From a virus (lineage: Duplodnaviria; Caudoviricetes): a stretch of DNA of 64,000 nucleotides. The position numbers and the translations under genes are program-made. The DNA lies in IMG/VR virus record IMGVR_UViG_3300028805_003982. One strand, given 5' to 3'. Shown piece by piece: positions 31,117-41,458 of the stretch. Under the pieces are notes generated by a model. It was not told the DNA's origin, did no database searches, and was given only the letters and a program-made list of their open reading frames with translations. The first letter of the stretch is position 1. The number at the start of each line of letters is the position of its first letter.

Positions 31117-31788
31117 ATGAAAACACCAAGAGGCGACATGGCCGCTCCAACACACGTCGAAAAATTAACTAAAGCCAAGTGGGCCGATCTGAATAAATAC
31201 AGAAAAGAAATGTCCGGCAAGAACGTAAATGTCAAACCTGCTTCTTTTGTAAAGGCAGGGGCTTACCGGGATGCTTCTGACAAAAATGCGTGGTCTGAAA
31301 CAAGAAATATTCGGGTTCGCAGGGGCGTTCTTCATAAGGTGATCAAGAAACCTTTTGTTTTTTGTATTTCGTGGCATTTTGCAGGTCAAGGTACTTTTGT
31401 CAGCGATGACGGCAGATATATTATCTCCAAAGCAGGAAGGCTCTGGAGATTGCACGATAATATTTCCCAAGACCTGAGAACTTCAGATTATGAAGCCCGA
31501 TCCTGTTACGGCTGTAAAATCCAGGCTGAACGTCTCATTCAGCGGGAAAAGTATTGTTTAACCCGGTTGTGCCGTATTGTCTGGAGCAAAACGGAAGACG
31601 GATTTGCCAGTCAGCCGGAAGGACGGTTTTTGATATTAAAGGAAAAGAACGGGTACTCGTTATATGACAGTTGGGCAAGAACAAGGAACAAGCCCATCTT
31701 AAAAGGCGTTTCTTTTAAGGATTGTTTTTACCGGGCAGATGACGAGACTGAAATGGAAAAGAAGACCGGAAATTTTGGAAGGAGTTAA
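31117..31788 (+). CDS. Hypothetical protein with internal repeat
   Basis: DGRYII..W.LHD / EGRFLI..Y.LYD duplicated module. Confidence 0.6.
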   Translation: MKTPRGDMAAPTHVEKLTKAKWADLNKYRKEMSGKNVNVKPASFVKAGAYRDASDKNAWSETRNIRVRRGVLHKVIKKPFVFCISWHFAGQGTFVSDDGRYIISKAGRLWRLHDNISQDLRTSDYEARSCYGCKIQAERLIQREKYCLTRLCRIVWSKTEDGFASQPEGRFLILKEKNGYSLYDSWARTRNKPILKGVSFKDCFYRADDETEMEKKTGNFGRS

Positions 31789-31916
31789 AACAGATTATGC
31801 AATGATTTCGTAATCGTTGCATTTTTGTTACATCAATACTATCCGTGGGTATATAATAGGGTTATCTGATAGTTATACTGTATGATGTAATCATATAACT
31901 GATCCAGAAAGGAGAT

Positions 31917-32162
31917 ATGAATATGGATGCAGGAACTAATCAGATAAGCATTTTCGATTTGATGCCTTCGCAGGAACTGACACCTTCTGTAAAGGCCGTT
32001 AAGTCGGAAGAAACAACAAAGAACGATGCTAAACCGGCAAAGGCCGCAAGCGGTATCAGAAAGCTGGATGAGAAAGTCAACAAGCGTTTGATCAGACTTG
32101 TGAACAGACTTGTAGCCGGCAAGACGGCAAAACCCGCCGTTTTAGAGAAGGGTGTCGCTTAA
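31917..32162 (+). CDS. Hypothetical protein
   Basis: 81 aa; NQISIFDL near N-terminus. Confidence 0.6.
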   Translation: MNMDAGTNQISIFDLMPSQELTPSVKAVKSEETTKNDAKPAKAASGIRKLDEKVNKRLIRLVNRLVAGKTAKPAVLEKGVA

Positions 32163-32183
32163 TCTTATCTTGGGGGTTTTTTA

Positions 32184-32627
32184 ATGGGCGCAGATCTTAA
32201 TTTAAGATTTGAGTATAAGGGCAGGGACGGCAAATGGCTGCCCCTGTGCCTTTATACTAAAGAGGGAAGGTCGTATATTCCTGCATGGCCTGATGTTGGC
32301 CGTGATTGTAACATGTGGGAAGCTTTAGATCCGTTTATATGCAACAGACTTCCTGACGACTGCAGCAAACAGATTTCTTCGGATCATCGGTCGTTTGGGT
32401 GCGGGGCATATCATGAAGGGTGGGCCTCTTATGCAACCCTTTATTACATGAGCAAAGAAGCTCCACACGATGTTATTACAGATGACGAAGGCAAAGAGAT
32501 AAAAGTTAAAAGCCCTTACACAGAGTTTTTGGAATACCTTGATATGTACATTAGTCTTTCAGGCTTATATTTCACGCCGGAAGAGAAGATAGTAAGCACC
32601 CGTATGGTGTTCTGGTTTGATAACTGA
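32184..32627 (+). CDS. Hypothetical protein
   Basis: MGAD...RMVFWFDN; this C-terminus is common in phage proteins. Confidence 0.75.
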   Translation: MGADLNLRFEYKGRDGKWLPLCLYTKEGRSYIPAWPDVGRDCNMWEALDPFICNRLPDDCSKQISSDHRSFGCGAYHEGWASYATLYYMSKEAPHDVITDDEGKEIKVKSPYTEFLEYLDMYISLSGLYFTPEEKIVSTRMVFWFDN

Positions 32628-32888
32628 CCTGTATGAAGTTGCAACAAATGGGCTTATTGGAACTTATTGAAAAGTCTTTGTATGAAGATCCTGTTGAGAC
32701 GGGTCAAAAACTTGTATTCGGTGATATAACAAGACCGGATGATTTGTCGCTGGCTTGTTTTGGCATACGCAGATTATCCGCTGAAGAAAATAACCGTTTG
32801 GCTGCTCTTGTCCGGTTTAAGACAACTGAGGTCTGTGGTTCTTATAGATTTCAAGCCACTGTGGCTTAATAAATACAGGAGGGTAGGT

Positions 32889-33362
32889 ATGGGTAAAGAG
32901 AAGGAAAAGCTCTATTTGGTTCAGATCTCGGATAATGAGGGGGCTGAATATGTGTGGGATACACATTTGATAAAATGCACCGAAAAGCAGGCTCTCAAAT
33001 ATTGCGAAGCCAAAGCTAATGAATATATGGCCGAAAACGGGGATGAACCGGATGAGCTTGTTGTAAATGAGTGCAGTGACATGTTCGGTGCAATAGGCTT
33101 TTTTGTTCAGTACCACGATCATCATGTGGCGGTATTTGCCACGGAGTTCTCTCTTGATATTGAACATCCGTTGTCCGGCAATGATTTGCAGCAGAAGATA
33201 AATGAAGGAAACTCTAAATATAGAGAGTTTATTGCTGATATGTGTGAAGATGACCCCGGTTTTAGATCACAGATCAAAAGAGAGTTTAAAGAGAAGATGC
33301 GGCCTTTTACCGAGTTTGAAGCCGTAATTACGCCCTTAAATTCAGACAGTTCCGATCTTTGA
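32889..33362 (+). CDS. Hypothetical protein
   Basis: ATG at 32889 after AGGAGG. Confidence 0.7.
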   Translation: MGKEKEKLYLVQISDNEGAEYVWDTHLIKCTEKQALKYCEAKANEYMAENGDEPDELVVNECSDMFGAIGFFVQYHDHHVAVFATEFSLDIEHPLSGNDLQQKINEGNSKYREFIADMCEDDPGFRSQIKREFKEKMRPFTEFEAVITPLNSDSSDL

Positions 33363-33383
33363 TCGTTATTAGGAGGAAGATAA

Positions 33384-33659
33384 ATGAGTGCGATAATTAC
33401 CAAATTTTCAAAAGAGGATATCGTTGAGATGAGTGGAGTTATGAGCGAAATGAACGCAGAAATGAATAACATTAAATCTGTAGATGGATTGATAGATGAA
33501 ATTAAAAAATTTGGTGGTGACGATATCATAAGAGTATCTGATGTTATAAAAATTATAAAAGAATATTGTGAGGAATGCCGCAAGACGTGTGAACATTCGT
33601 CATGCGACGACGAGCTGGATGATCTTGAAGACAATGATGAGGAACTCGGAGGCGATTGA
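33384..33659 (+). CDS. Acidic hypothetical protein
   Basis: 91 aa, RBS AGGAGG. Confidence 0.6.
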   Translation: MSAIITKFSKEDIVEMSGVMSEMNAEMNNIKSVDGLIDEIKKFGGDDIIRVSDVIKIIKEYCEECRKTCEHSSCDDELDDLEDNDEELGGD

Positions 33660-33712
33660 TCACTCTGACCGCATTCTTGCTTTAGAGAGGGAAAAATTAG
33701 GAGGAAGATATT

Positions 33713-33991
33713 ATGAATGAGTATGATACCAAAAAGGCAGCCGAGATAAGCCGCGTGTTTAACTGCTCACCCATCGGACACAGCACCATTGAGGAACTTT
33801 CCAAAACGCACAGAACGATCCAGCAGAACATCACCCGTTTTGCTCTGGACTGGATCAGATATATCGGCACTGAGTATGATCCGTCCTTTGTTGACGGACG
33901 GAATGAAGACAGCGTGCAGAAGTGCCGTGACCTCATGGAGATTCATGAGGTTAAGGAAGTTTTGGACTGGGGCGGAATACCGTTTATTTAA
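33713..33991 (+). CDS. Hypothetical protein
   Basis: HRTIQQN..DGRNE.S..IPFI motif. Confidence 0.7.
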   Translation: MNEYDTKKAAEISRVFNCSPIGHSTIEELSKTHRTIQQNITRFALDWIRYIGTEYDPSFVDGRNEDSVQKCRDLMEIHEVKEVLDWGGIPFI

Positions 33992-34230
33992 GGAGATGGC
34001 ATGTCAGATTCAGACTTAAACGAATATATTTTTATAATCTCCGGCGAAACATTGCCGGTACATGTTAAGGCTCGGGATGTAATTGCAGCCGAAAATGAAG
34101 TCCGGGCAGTCTATCCGGGCTGTAAGGTGTTCAAGATAACAGAAGAATACCCGTCACTCTAAGATAGGTCTATCATATCCTTTCGCTGTTATATTTAATT
34201 CAGATATTGCAGTGAAAGGATGTTGTTTAT

Positions 34231-34794
34231 ATGGTCGGAACGATCAGCAATGAAACCGAACTTATGAAGGCTGCCGAGCAGTTTGTTTTTTGTGCTGTTG
34301 ACAGGGCAATCGGTGCAAGGAAGGTCGTTTCCGCAGAAGAAGCACGGGATCTTTTAGGTGATTCCTTATTGATGTTCTTTATGAATACAACCAAGGATAG
34401 TTGGCGTAAAGAGACTAATAAGAACCCGGCTGTATTTGTCCCTCAAACATTCGAAAGATTTTCCGTTATGGCTTTTTCCGGGATAGAACCGGCCAAACGT
34501 TATGAAAACATTCAAAGCGACATCGTAAAAGAGATCATGGATTTTCGCAGCGTGCCTCATTTCAGGGCTGCTGAGATCGCCTGGGACCCTGAGTTTGATT
34601 TTGAAGCCAAATATCTGCCTGAGTACTATGAGCTGCCTAATGACAGAGCTTGGAACAGGGAAGAGGCTAAGAAATATATTTCCGGTCTGTTCGATGCGGA
34701 GGTGCTGTCTTTCAGACTGGAATGCACCTTCAGTAAAGATGCGATGCTGGCATTCTTTGAAAGGGCTAAAGAAAAAGATCTGCCGGGCCTATAA
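34231..34794 (+). CDS. Hypothetical protein
   Basis: 187 aa ORF with promoter and RBS. Confidence 0.7.
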   Translation: MVGTISNETELMKAAEQFVFCAVDRAIGARKVVSAEEARDLLGDSLLMFFMNTTKDSWRKETNKNPAVFVPQTFERFSVMAFSGIEPAKRYENIQSDIVKEIMDFRSVPHFRAAEIAWDPEFDFEAKYLPEYYELPNDRAWNREEAKKYISGLFDAEVLSFRLECTFSKDAMLAFFERAKEKDLPGL

Positions 34795-34899
34795 AAAGTC
34801 TGCCAAAGCTCGGTTTTATCGGGATTTTGCAGGGTGGTGCGTGCTATAATATGTGTAGGATAACAACAAGTAAATATCAGTGTTTCGGAGGTATTACAA

Positions 34900-37101
34900 A
34901 TGAAGATTTTGAAGAGAAATAAGGTTGAGGTGGAGTTTGATTCTTCCAAGATCGTTAACGCCATTACCAAGGCCAATAATTCCGTTCTTGAGGCGGAGAG
35001 GCTCGGCAGTGAGTGCATTAATAAGATAGCTTCTGAGGTCGTTTCTGACTGCGAGGCTCTTGACCGTGTCGTTTCCGTTGAGGAAGTACAGGACATGGTT
35101 GAGAAGAAGATCATGGAAGCCGGCGCTTATCAGGTTGCCAAGAACTATATCACATATCGTTACACAAGGCAGCTTCAGCGTCAGAAGAACACGACGGATG
35201 ATGCTATCCTTTCTCTCGTAGCTCATAAGAATGAAGAGGCGAAGGAAGAGAACGCCAATAAGAACCCCATCATCGCTTCTACGCAGCGTGATTACGTTGC
35301 CGGCGAGGTTTCCAAGGATCTTACCATGAGAGTCCTTCTTAACGATCCTGAGATCGCTGAGGCTCACGAGAACGGTATTATTCATTTCCACGATGCGGAC
35401 TACTTCCTGCAGACGATCCATAACTGTGATATCTGGAATCTTGATGATATGCTCCAGAACGGAACTGTCATTTCCGGTGTCATGATCGATAAGCCCAAGT
35501 CTTTTGCAACGGCCTGCAATATCGCAACCCAGATCGTTGCGCAGGTAGCTTCTTCTCAGTACGGGGGTCAGACTTTCTCTTTAGCTCATCTTGCTCCTTT
35601 TGTTGATGTATCGCGTCAGAAGTGGGCTAAGAAGATCAGGAAGGATATGGAAGAGGCAGGCGTGTCTTACACGGATGCTCAGTTTGACCAGCTGGTAGAG
35701 AACAGGGTCAGGGAAGAGATACAGAACGGCGTTCAGACCATTCAGTATCAGCTCGTAACTCTGATGACCACTAATGGTCAGACACCTTTCGTTTCCGTAT
35801 TCATGTATCTGGACGAGGTTCCTGAAGGCAGGACAAGGGATGACCTGGCAATGATCATTGAAGAGGTTCTTGTCCAGCGTAAGAAGGGTCTTAAGAACAA
35901 GGTCGGGCATTGGGTAGTAACAGCTTTCCCTAAGCTGCTCTATGTTCTTGACGAGGATAACATCTATCCCGATTCCAAGTATTACTATCTGACCAAGCTG
36001 GCTGCTGAATGCACCGCCAAGACAATGGTTCCTGATTACATCTCAGCTAAGAAGATGCGTGAGTTCAAGGGTGACGTATATGCCTGCATGGGCTGCCGTT
36101 CATTCCTTACTCCCGACAGGTTCACCGATGCCGGCGTGGGCAACATCGCCAAGGCTAAGAATTATGTTCCCGGCCAGCACAAGTATTACGGCAGATTCAA
36201 TCAGGGTGTTGTTACCATTAACCTTGTTGATGTAGCTTGTTCCTCATATAAGGACATGGATAAGTTCTGGCAGATCCTTAACGACCGCCTTGAGCTTTGT
36301 CACAGGGCTTTGCAGAAGAGGCATAAGAGACTTAAGGGAACTTTGTCTGATGTTGCTCCTATCCTCTGGCAGTACGGCGCTCTTGCAAGACTTGAACCCG
36401 GTGAGGTTATCGATCCGCTGCTCTATGACGGATATTCAACGATCTCCCTGGGCTACGCGGGTGTTTATGAGATGACACGTTATATGACCGGTGAATCTCA
36501 TACAGAGCCTAACGGACAGGCTTTCGCTCTTAAGGTCATGAACGCTCTCAATGACGCTTGCGCCAAGTGGAAGAAGGAAGAGAATATTGATTATTCTCTG
36601 TACGGCACTCCCATGGAGTCAACGACATACAAGTTTGCCAAGTGTCTGCAGAAGAGGTTCGGTATCATTCCCGAGGTTACAGACCACAGCTACATTACCA
36701 ACTCTTATCACATCTGCGTCCGTGAGCCTATCGACGCTTTTGAGAAGCTTTCCAAGGAAGCAGAGTTCCAGCGGCTGTCTCCCGGCGGTGCTATCTCTTA
36801 TGTAGAGGTGCCTAACATGCAGAACAACATCCCTGCAGTTCTTGCCGTCATGACTCACATCTACAATACGATCATGTATGCAGAGCTTAATACTAAGGCT
36901 GATTACTGTCAGGTTTGCGGATATGAAGGTGAGATCGATCTTGTAAATCAGGAAGGTAAGTGGATATGGAAGTGTCCTCAGTGCGGTTGTACCGATCATT
37001 CTAAGATGAACATCGCAAGGCGTGTCTGCGGCTATATCTCTACCAATGATATGAACAACGGCCGTAAGCATGAGATCGCAGAGAGGGTGCTGCATCTTTG
37101 A
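34900..37101 (+). CDS. nrdD: Anaerobic (class III) ribonucleoside-triphosphate reductase with ATP cone
   Basis: N-terminal ATP cone, IHFHDADY, MGCRSF, YITNSYH, CxxC/CxxC, RRVCGY glycyl-radical loop. Confidence 0.97.
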   Translation: MKILKRNKVEVEFDSSKIVNAITKANNSVLEAERLGSECINKIASEVVSDCEALDRVVSVEEVQDMVEKKIMEAGAYQVAKNYITYRYTRQLQRQKNTTDDAILSLVAHKNEEAKEENANKNPIIASTQRDYVAGEVSKDLTMRVLLNDPEIAEAHENGIIHFHDADYFLQTIHNCDIWNLDDMLQNGTVISGVMIDKPKSFATACNIATQIVAQVASSQYGGQTFSLAHLAPFVDVSRQKWAKKIRKDMEEAGVSYTDAQFDQLVENRVREEIQNGVQTIQYQLVTLMTTNGQTPFVSVFMYLDEVPEGRTRDDLAMIIEEVLVQRKKGLKNKVGHWVVTAFPKLLYVLDEDNIYPDSKYYYLTKLAAECTAKTMVPDYISAKKMREFKGDVYACMGCRSFLTPDRFTDAGVGNIAKAKNYVPGQHKYYGRFNQGVVTINLVDVACSSYKDMDKFWQILNDRLELCHRALQKRHKRLKGTLSDVAPILWQYGALARLEPGEVIDPLLYDGYSTISLGYAGVYEMTRYMTGESHTEPNGQAFALKVMNALNDACAKWKKEENIDYSLYGTPMESTTYKFAKCLQKRFGIIPEVTDHSYITNSYHICVREPIDAFEKLSKEAEFQRLSPGGAISYVEVPNMQNNIPAVLAVMTHIYNTIMYAELNTKADYCQVCGYEGEIDLVNQEGKWIWKCPQCGCTDHSKMNIARRVCGYISTNDMNNGRKHEIAERVLHL

Positions 37102-37173
37102 TCAGTAATCACACGATCGGAAGCGCGGGGGTAACCCCGTGCTGTCCCTTCGATAACACAGGAGGATCGGTTT

Positions 37174-37611
37174 ATGACGGAACAGGAAAGACTAATTGCA
37201 ACGGCAGCAAAATACAAGGAACTGAAGGAGATGGAGCTGCCTTCTCAGATCAGCGCATCAACGGTCGCTGCTTTTGTTAAGGATGCTTATAAAGCTGTCG
37301 GAGGAACGGTCAGCACAAGGCCCGGCGGCTACAGCTCGGTTTCAACAGACGGGTATATTCCGTGTCCGGACAATGAAAGAATGAAGCATCCCGGTAAGTG
37401 GAATGACGGGCTTTGGACTGCCGGTAATCTGATATGTTTTGACGAGCAGAAGATCTCTTCCGGAGATCTTAACAGGTTTTTGGAAGATCTTACCATGGGG
37501 TATTACTGTTCTCTTAACGGTACTGAGATCGGTTATACACCCAGCCTGATCGATAAAGTTACCGAATTGCTGAAGGGTCCGGAAATAACCGATAAAAGTG
37601 TTGATGTATAA
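37174..37611 (+). CDS. Hypothetical protein between nrdD and nrdG
   Basis: 145 aa, RBS AGGAGG. Confidence 0.7.
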   Translation: MTEQERLIATAAKYKELKEMELPSQISASTVAAFVKDAYKAVGGTVSTRPGGYSSVSTDGYIPCPDNERMKHPGKWNDGLWTAGNLICFDEQKISSGDLNRFLEDLTMGYYCSLNGTEIGYTPSLIDKVTELLKGPEITDKSVDV

Positions 37612-37623
37612 AGAGGTCACAGA

Positions 37624-38166
37624 ATGTATTTTGGCGCGATCAAGAATAACGACATAGCCAACGGAACGGGAGTAAGAGTATCGCTCTTTGTTTCAGGATG
37701 CCGCAACCATTGCGAAGGGTGTTTTCAGCCGGAGACGTGGTCTTTCAAGTACGGCAAGGAGTTCACAAGAGAAACCGAAGACAGTATCATCGAAATGCTC
37801 AGGCCCGGCCACATTCAGGGTTTAACGATCCTTGGCGGCGACCCGTTTGAACCGGAGAATCAGAAGGTGCTTCTGCCTTTTCTTAACCGTGTCAGGGAAG
37901 AGTTCAAAGATTCCCGGGACATCTGGATGTATTCCGGATACACTTTTGAAGAACTGACCGGTAAAAATCCCCATTGTTCTACTGAGAATACTCTTGATAT
38001 ATTGAAAGACATCGATGTTTTGGTGGACGGACGTTTTGTAAAGGAGCTTAAGAACCTTTCCTTGGCGTTCAGGGGTTCGTCCAATCAGAGGATTTTAGAC
38101 GTTCAGGAGTCGCTTAGATTGTCAGAAGCTACAGAATATGATCTTAATAAACGGATAGATTTATAA
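37624..38166 (+). CDS. nrdG: Anaerobic RNR activating radical-SAM protein
   Basis: NGTGVRVSLFVSGCRNHCEGCF, GGDPFEPEN, FRGSSNQR. Confidence 0.96.
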   Translation: MYFGAIKNNDIANGTGVRVSLFVSGCRNHCEGCFQPETWSFKYGKEFTRETEDSIIEMLRPGHIQGLTILGGDPFEPENQKVLLPFLNRVREEFKDSRDIWMYSGYTFEELTGKNPHCSTENTLDILKDIDVLVDGRFVKELKNLSLAFRGSSNQRILDVQESLRLSEATEYDLNKRIDL

Positions 38167-38178
38167 GGAGAGTGTTTT

Positions 38179-39033
38179 ATGGCTTTAAGATTAGGTAAAG
38201 AAAGTAAGATAGCCTTGGATTCAAACAGGTGTGTTCATACGTTGCACCGTTTGTATGACGGTGATCGTCAGGGAGGATGGGTTGAAGATCTTGACAACAT
38301 CAAGAACGGTTCCTGGGTAGCGGATGAAGCAGAAGTGTACGGAGATGCCGTTATAGATAATGGGTCGATCGTTGCAGGACGTGCCAGAGTATTTGACGAG
38401 GCCATTGTTGCGGGAGACGCCTGGGGCAATGCGATAATTGAAGGCGAGGCGGTTGTTTGTGAAAAAGGCAGGGTTGTTTGCGGCCGCGTAGACGGCTATG
38501 CCAGGGTGTGCGGAAGCGCATTGACCTTTCACGGCCAGGTATCAGGTAATGCCTGCATAAAAGATAATGCTGTTGTATGCGGACATGGTTTTATCTTGAG
38601 TGACGGGGCGGTAGTATCCGGCAATGCGTACGTATGTGAAAGTATTGTTGCCGGGAACTGTCAGATAAGCGGTAACGCAAAAGTAGATCGTGCTTATATA
38701 TGCGGAGACGCCGTGATTACGGAAGAGGCCCAGGTTAGGGGCACGATTTTCTTTAAGTCTGATCTGCAGGTGGTCAACGTAGTTATTAAAGACGCTGCGG
38801 TAATCGATGGAGATGCCTGCGTAGGGGCTATCTCGAAAGAGGTGGTATTAAATAAGGGCGTTGTGGTCGGTGGCAATGCGCACATAAGTTCAGGGGACAT
38901 TATCCAAGACAGTATTATGGGGTTACCCGATACGGAGCGAGAATGGAATGTCGCATTTTCAGCCGCTGTTGATAGGATAAAGGATTTTTATGACTGTTCC
39001 GGCTCGATCTCAGATCCCGGATTGGAAACTTAA
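38179..39033 (+). CDS. Left-handed beta-helix hexapeptide-repeat protein
   Basis: GGWVE...WVADEAEVYGDAVI and many (V/I)xGxAx repeats. Confidence 0.85.
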   Translation: MALRLGKESKIALDSNRCVHTLHRLYDGDRQGGWVEDLDNIKNGSWVADEAEVYGDAVIDNGSIVAGRARVFDEAIVAGDAWGNAIIEGEAVVCEKGRVVCGRVDGYARVCGSALTFHGQVSGNACIKDNAVVCGHGFILSDGAVVSGNAYVCESIVAGNCQISGNAKVDRAYICGDAVITEEAQVRGTIFFKSDLQVVNVVIKDAAVIDGDACVGAISKEVVLNKGVVVGGNAHISSGDIIQDSIMGLPDTEREWNVAFSAAVDRIKDFYDCSGSISDPGLET

Positions 39034-39045
39034 GGAGGTGGTATC

Positions 39046-39480
39046 ATGAAAGAATACGAAAAGATCGAGTATTCCGAAGCGCTGAAAGAAGCAGTAAGTA
39101 AAGCCGGATGGTCCATCACTAATATATGTTTTACTGATGACGGATCTAAAAAGCCTTTTTACATTGAGTTCTCATCATACTCCCCTGCGGGAGAGGACTT
39201 AAGCGGTGAATGTGTCTGGTTTGACGGAACAGATGAAGGATTAAAGGCAGCTTTAACTGAACATGCCAACAATTTTGATGCGGATGAACTTGCAGAACTC
39301 TGGTTTAATTCCCTCAAATTAACCTGTGTGCCTTCCACGCTCAGAGAACTCATTAATGACGCTAGAGAAATCGTTAATGACGCCGATGCTGTCGGAGGGA
39401 TGCTGCAAGTTCTCGCTAAGGAAGTTAACAAGGTTAACGAACCCATGATCGCCTTAGGTAAAGATTTTAGAAACCTCTAA
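39046..39480 (+). CDS. Hypothetical protein
   Basis: 144 aa, YSPAGED motif; RBS AAGGAGG. Confidence 0.7.
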   Translation: MKEYEKIEYSEALKEAVSKAGWSITNICFTDDGSKKPFYIEFSSYSPAGEDLSGECVWFDGTDEGLKAALTEHANNFDADELAELWFNSLKLTCVPSTLRELINDAREIVNDADAVGGMLQVLAKEVNKVNEPMIALGKDFRNL

Positions 39481-39522
39481 ACTTCTTCATTTTAAAGGTA
39501 TAACGAATGGAGGAATTATATT

Positions 39523-39876
39523 ATGTCCTATTGTGCAACAGGTTACGGATTTGTAAATCTTAAGAAATCAGAAGATTCTGGCCAGGTTTCAAACTGGGTA
39601 AAAGACGCGCTCGATGCTTCGATCTGCGTTGATATCGTGGATCACGATTCGTTCGAGTTCACTTTTGACGGCAGATATGATGAGGATGATCTGTTTGAGT
39701 TCTATAAAGAAATATCAGACAAAATTTCTTCCGCATCGGTCTCGTTTAAAGGTGAAGACGGCACCCTCTGGAGGCATGACTTTAAAGACGGGATCTGGTC
39801 CGAGTCAATAGGCGAGATTGTGTATTCAGATCCTAAAACGGTTGTTGATGTTAACAGCCCCGACAAGGCGTTGTAA
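39523..39876 (+). CDS. Hypothetical protein
   Basis: 117 aa, FKGEDGTLWR motif. Confidence 0.7.
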   Translation: MSYCATGYGFVNLKKSEDSGQVSNWVKDALDASICVDIVDHDSFEFTFDGRYDEDDLFEFYKEISDKISSASVSFKGEDGTLWRHDFKDGIWSESIGEIVYSDPKTVVDVNSPDKAL

Positions 39877-40493
39877 TTTTAGTTGTTAAATGAAAACATA
39901 AAGATCCAACGTCATTAAGTTAAGGTTCGATGCTCAGATTACGGTTTGATTGTTACCTTAACCGAAATACGTACATGGGTAATTGGGGAAAACGGTGTGT
40001 CTAACACAATAAAAGAAATCGTTGAGGACGCGGAAGCAATCAAAGACACGTTAAAAAGTTTGGCCGACGAAGTTAATAACGTTGAAGAACCATTAATCGC
40101 TCTCGGGGAAGAGAAGGGAACTTAAATGGACAATCTAAATTTTACAGAAGCTATAAAGGAATGCCCGTCCAATATAAAAGGAAACTGCAAAGCACTACCG
40201 GGCAATAAAACTTGTGTACAACATGTTAATACCGGGCGTTGTCCTATAAAGCAATTGGAGAAAAAACAGAAACGCTTATTTGAAGGAAAGAAAGTATAAT
40301 ATGGGATTCTTTAAACCTTTCCGTCAAAAGAAACTTACTGATCCTGATTCAATTCCTGACAATGATATGGTTTGTCCGTATAAAGACCCACCAAGAATAA
40401 AACAGAAGGAAGATGGCTCTGTAATTATCATTCATTTCAATGAGGATAACTAACGTAAGATATTTGTTTACAGAGCTTTTTGGAGAAAAAGGT

Positions 40494-40670
40494 ATGACTG
40501 AACGAAAAACAGAAATTCTAAAAATAGTTATAATGCTGTCGATTTACGAGATAGTAATGGCTATAACAATATGCGCAGTGTTTCACGGTACGTTAAAGGC
40601 ATATTTGTTCTTTATAGGTATGGCTGTTACACACTGCGTCATAAATATAATCTCAGTGAGGTATAGGTAG
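40494..40670 (+). CDS. Small membrane protein (cassette cargo)
   Basis: Two hydrophobic segments; ATG after GGAG. Confidence 0.55.
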   Translation: MTERKTEILKIVIMLSIYEIVMAITICAVFHGTLKAYLFFIGMAVTHCVINIISVRYR

Positions 40671-40673
40671 ATT

Positions 40674-40982
40674 ATGGAAAGATTTATAGCAATATTAAGA
40701 TATCTGCCCATGTTAGAAGCTGTTCCGTATCTTCTTTTTTATTACGGTGCTTCGGTTGTGAGAATGCTTAAAACAAAGTCATCTAACGATGTCTCCATAA
40801 TAGGATGGGGAGTAGCGACAACTGTACAGGTTTGTTACATTTTTTATGGTTTATTTATTGTAAAAGAATGGCAGTATATAGCATCGTGTGTATGCGCCAC
40901 AACGGGAACTGCTGCGGTACTCATAACGGCTTTATATTATAGATACAGACGAAATCAGGATGTCGAGATCCAAGAAAGATAA
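40674..40982 (+). CDS. PQ-loop/SemiSWEET-like 3-TM protein (cassette cargo)
   Basis: 102 aa, 3 TM segments, MLKTKSSNDVSI..W...YIFYG pattern; the PQ dipeptide itself is absent. Confidence 0.55.
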   Translation: MERFIAILRYLPMLEAVPYLLFYYGASVVRMLKTKSSNDVSIIGWGVATTVQVCYIFYGLFIVKEWQYIASCVCATTGTAAVLITALYYRYRRNQDVEIQER

Positions 40983-41134
40983 TGATTTTCTCTTAACTTA
41001 ATGACATTGCATAAAGATCGGAGTTTTTTCTCCGGTTTTTTTATTTTTATTTCGAAAAGAGGGTATAGTGCCGTCGAAAAGTATTATCTGCTGTTATACT
41101 AATGGTAATACACAATATATTCGAGGAGACTATT

Positions 41135-41458
41135 ATGGCAAAAATCATTACTAATTCTGAGGCCGGGATCAGCTACATGGATTATTTGATATCCAAGGAA
41201 TTCAAGGATTGGCCGCTTGGCGTGCCTTTGGCACTTTACCGCCCGTTCGGGTATGACAGCGTAGTAATCGTTACCAAGGATCAGGAAGAAAACGGTGACG
41301 GCGTCTTAAGCTCTTCAATGTTTGAGCTTGGTACTAATGACGGCATTGGGCAATTCGCACTGGTGCATTCCGATTTCTCTTTTGAGAATGAGTCAGACAT
41401 TGTCCTGTTCTGTTCCGGTTGCATGGTCTCCGGGTATTCGGTGGTGGAGGAGAGATAA
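41135..41458 (+). CDS. Hypothetical protein
   Basis: ATG at 41135 after GAGGAG. Confidence 0.65.
   Translation: MAKIITNSEAGISYMDYLISKEFKDWPLGVPLALYRPFGYDSVVIVTKDQEENGDGVLSSSMFELGTNDGIGQFALVHSDFSFENESDIVLFCSGCMVSGYSVVEER

Larger units (their letters stand above)
39907..41009. mobile_element. Non-autonomous cargo transposon (MIC-like) with 18-bp TIRs and 10-bp TSD
   Basis: CAACGTCATTAAGTTAAG (39907-39924) and CTTAACTTAATGACATTG (40992-41009), 17/18 inverted match; direct repeat CATAAAGATC at 39897-39906 and 41010-41019; AT-rich interior; no transposase. Confidence 0.85.

Noticed and set aside
39553-39564. Self-target of the array A spacer (GTAAATCTTAAG)
   Set aside because: Only a 12-nt internal AT-rich match with mismatched flanks; plausibly chance.
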